64,000 bases of DNA from contig CBDHDF010000011.1 in assembly GCA_965261545.1 (NCBI GenBank), positions 480,001 to 544,000 of the forward strand, in the 5' to 3' direction. The translations under genes were made by a program, and so were the position numbers. A model generated the notes under the pieces. That model made no database searches, had not been told where the DNA came from, and worked only from the letters and a program-made list of their open reading frames with translations. This document shows positions 61,680 to 64,000 of the stretch, one piece after another; the stretch's first letter is position 1; each line of letters begins with the position of its first letter. This stretch comes from Bdellovibrionales bacterium. Lineage in GTDB: Bacteria > Bdellovibrionota > Bdellovibrionia > Bdellovibrionales > UBA1609.

Positions 61680-63824
61680 GTTCCTGTCCAGGGAAGAAAG
61701 TTAAGTAGTTTTAAGTATTTACATGCCTTCCCTTTAGATTTTATGCTTTAAAATGGAGTCCATCAAACATAATCCGTGTAAATTCAGTTACTTACATAAA
61801 ACGGAAAAATAAAATAAGTTCCCCCCCCTCTCTTGACGAACCTTTCACAGCCCCTCCCTTTCAGTGACTTATGTGGCTATCAACTGGTTACTTGATATGA
61901 GAGGAAGAGTTGGATCAACCTGTGTTTCCACCGTGGTGATTTCAAACCTCCTTCAGGGAAATAACATTACGTTGCGCATCAACTTCAAAAAATACTTGAC
62001 GTGTTTTTTCAGAGAAATAATTTTTGATATTTTATTCTTCATTTATTTTTTATGTAGGTTTTAGGAGGCGTGGGAACCTCTCTATGAGGTAGAATTCTTA
62101 TCCATGTTCTCCGAGAACCTCTCTGATTTTTTTCTTCTTAAAAGACATCCTTGCTCACTTTTTTCCCTCAAAAAAACGTATGTTAATATAAAAATTAAAG
62201 AGAAACTTTCACCAAAGGGGGGACTATGCGCCATTTGAAGAAGACACAGTTGGGACTCTTTTCCCAATATCCTAACCACCAACTCAGTACAGAATTGCAG
62301 CAAATTAATAACATCATTGATCGCCATCCAGAGTTTGCCCATATGGTTCATGAAGACCTTGTTAAAGAAAAGAAAGATTCTGGTGATATTGGTATGACAT
62401 CGGAGCAAGTTCTCAAGGTGGCTATTCTTAAATCCATAAGAGGTCTTTCCTATCGTGCGTTAGCCTTTAATCTTGTCGATTCAGTATCCACCAGAGCTTT
62501 TCTGGGCCTTGAATTGGAAGAAAATTACGCTCACTCCACCTTACAGGACTTGATTGTTCAAATAAGTGAAGAAACTTGGGGAATTATTAGCGCCTCTTTA
62601 GTTTCAGATGCAAGAGATCAAAAGATTGAGCCGTGTAAGAAAATGAGATTGGACAGTACAGTGACGAAATCAAATATTCATCATCCAACGGATGCATCCC
62701 TTTTATATGACTGCATAAGAGTTACAGAAAGAGAATTTAAAAAAGTTCGTAAAAATGTCATGAAAGATTTTTGGCGACTTATTTCAAGAGAAGATCTTAA
62801 GAGAGCAAAAACCTTGCTTTACAAAATTAATAATTCCAAAAATGATGCGGAAAGACTACCTTGCTATAAGGAGCTTTTAAAAATCGCTACCAAATTGAAC
62901 AAAGGATTACCTGATACCATCAGAAAGATAAAAAAAGAACAAAAATGTGTGAAGATGAATGCTTTGAAAAAGAGTCTAAAACAGTTAGAAAATGTTGCCT
63001 TCTACCTGGAAAAAATCATCTTTCAAACTCAAAAAAGAGTTATTGAGGGGAAAAAAGTATCTTCTGAAAAAAAGGTCCTATCCATCTTTGAACCGCATAC
63101 AGACATTATTGTAAAGGGGCAAAGAGAAGTCGAGTTTGGGCATAAAATCTTTTTGACCTCAGGGCAAAGCAACATGATTTTAGATTGTCAGATCCCTGAT
63201 GGCAACCCCGCAGACTCTGATATGTTTTTAAAAGTTATGAATTCAGTGACACAAACCTATGGGGCTTGCCCTGTAAAAGTAAGTGCAGATGGTGGGTTTG
63301 CTTCAAAAGAAAATCTTGAAGAGGCCAAAGAGATGGGGGCTAAAGATGTTTGCTTCCCAGAAAAAAAAGGAATGAAAATATTAAAGATGGTTAAAAGTGC
63401 TTGGGTCTTTAAAAATCTTCTCAATTGGAGAGCCGGAATAGAGGCTGTTATTTCATTCCTTAAGAGATGTTTTGGTATGAGAGTTGCTTACTGGAAAGGG
63501 CATGATGGTTTTAAGAGGTATGTAAAGAATGCCGTTTGTGCCTATAATTTTGTTGTCTTGGCAAGACATGAATTATCAACTGTCACCTAAATTTATCCAT
63601 TAGGAATAACAGCAATGGACCAGGTCGAAGGTGCTAAAATCTTCCAAAGGTAGGGGTGCGTCTTCAAATCGAAAAAACTAGGGCGCAAGTCGCTTAAAGA
63701 CCTTTTTCCCCTTAATCTGTAGAGTTTGTGTGGCAAATCTCCAACTCTCACTCCCCCATTGAGGCATTGGGAGGCTCAATGGGGAGTGTCAGAGAACAAA
63801 AAATGGGCCTTTCTGGACAGAAAC
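61680..63824 (+). mobile_element. ISNCY/IS5-like element (2145 bp)
   Basis: IRs GTTCCTGTCCAG / GTTTCTGTCCAG; 6-bp TSD TAGGTA. Confidence 0.88.
62226..63590 (+). CDS. ISNCY/IS5-like DDE transposase
   Basis: RLDSTV..SNIHHPTDASLL, SIFEPHT, EFGHK, GNPADS, ADGGF, RAGIEAVISFLKR. Confidence 0.92.
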   Translation: MRHLKKTQLGLFSQYPNHQLSTELQQINNIIDRHPEFAHMVHEDLVKEKKDSGDIGMTSEQVLKVAILKSIRGLSYRALAFNLVDSVSTRAFLGLELEENYAHSTLQDLIVQISEETWGIISASLVSDARDQKIEPCKKMRLDSTVTKSNIHHPTDASLLYDCIRVTEREFKKVRKNVMKDFWRLISREDLKRAKTLLYKINNSKNDAERLPCYKELLKIATKLNKGLPDTIRKIKKEQKCVKMNALKKSLKQLENVAFYLEKIIFQTQKRVIEGKKVSSEKKVLSIFEPHTDIIVKGQREVEFGHKIFLTSGQSNMILDCQIPDGNPADSDMFLKVMNSVTQTYGACPVKVSADGGFASKENLEEAKEMGAKDVCFPEKKGMKILKMVKSAWVFKNLLNWRAGIEAVISFLKRCFGMRVAYWKGHDGFKRYVKNAVCAYNFVVLARHELSTVT

Positions 63825-64000
63825 TAGGTAGTTTTGAGAGTAATAGCATAACTCTCTACGATAGGCTTTATTTATCTACAGAGATTATTAAGGCCCATGC
63901 TCAAGCCAGTAACTTCTTTATTGCGCGTTGTAAGCGAGGCTCTACTTTTATCCCCATCGTAAATTTATTTAATGGCCCAGGTTGGTATTCACAAATGGTT

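Larger units (their letters stand above)
60986..64000 (+). mobile_element. IS4-A copy interrupted by the ISNCY/IS5-like element; runs off the right edge
   Basis: Left TIR at 60986; transposase sequence resumes at 63831. Confidence 0.9.

Overview
The window has three parts. (1) Bases 1-27992 are the right part of a probable integrative conjugative element (ICE) sitting at the 3' end of a tRNA-Ala(UGC) gene; its left border is not visible. It carries a family-5 solute-binding protein, a small secreted protein and a REC-AAA+-HTH sigma-54 activator, all divergent from a sigma-54 promoter. That promoter precedes two sigma-70 region-4 genes and a compact T4SS cluster (virB2/3/4-like, virB5/6/8/9/10-like). 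The ICE also encodes an FtsK/TcpA-type ATPase, a Replic_Relax (MOBC-like) relaxase candidate, XRE regulators, a Mom-family DNA-modification protein and a large serine recombinase whose stop codon lies inside the tRNA. (2) Bases 28000-33600 hold two backbone genes, an EEP hydrolase and a SWIM-SNF2 helicase. (3) Bases 33693-64000 are a ~30 kb pile of nested mobile elements: two IS4-family types, IS256, IS1634, IS3, IS21, an rve-type IS and an ISNCY/IS5-like IS, most with readable inverted repeats and target duplications. Within it, two ORF-less group IIB introns sit head-to-tail in codon 6 of an IS256 transposase. All family calls come from motif reading only; no searches were run.
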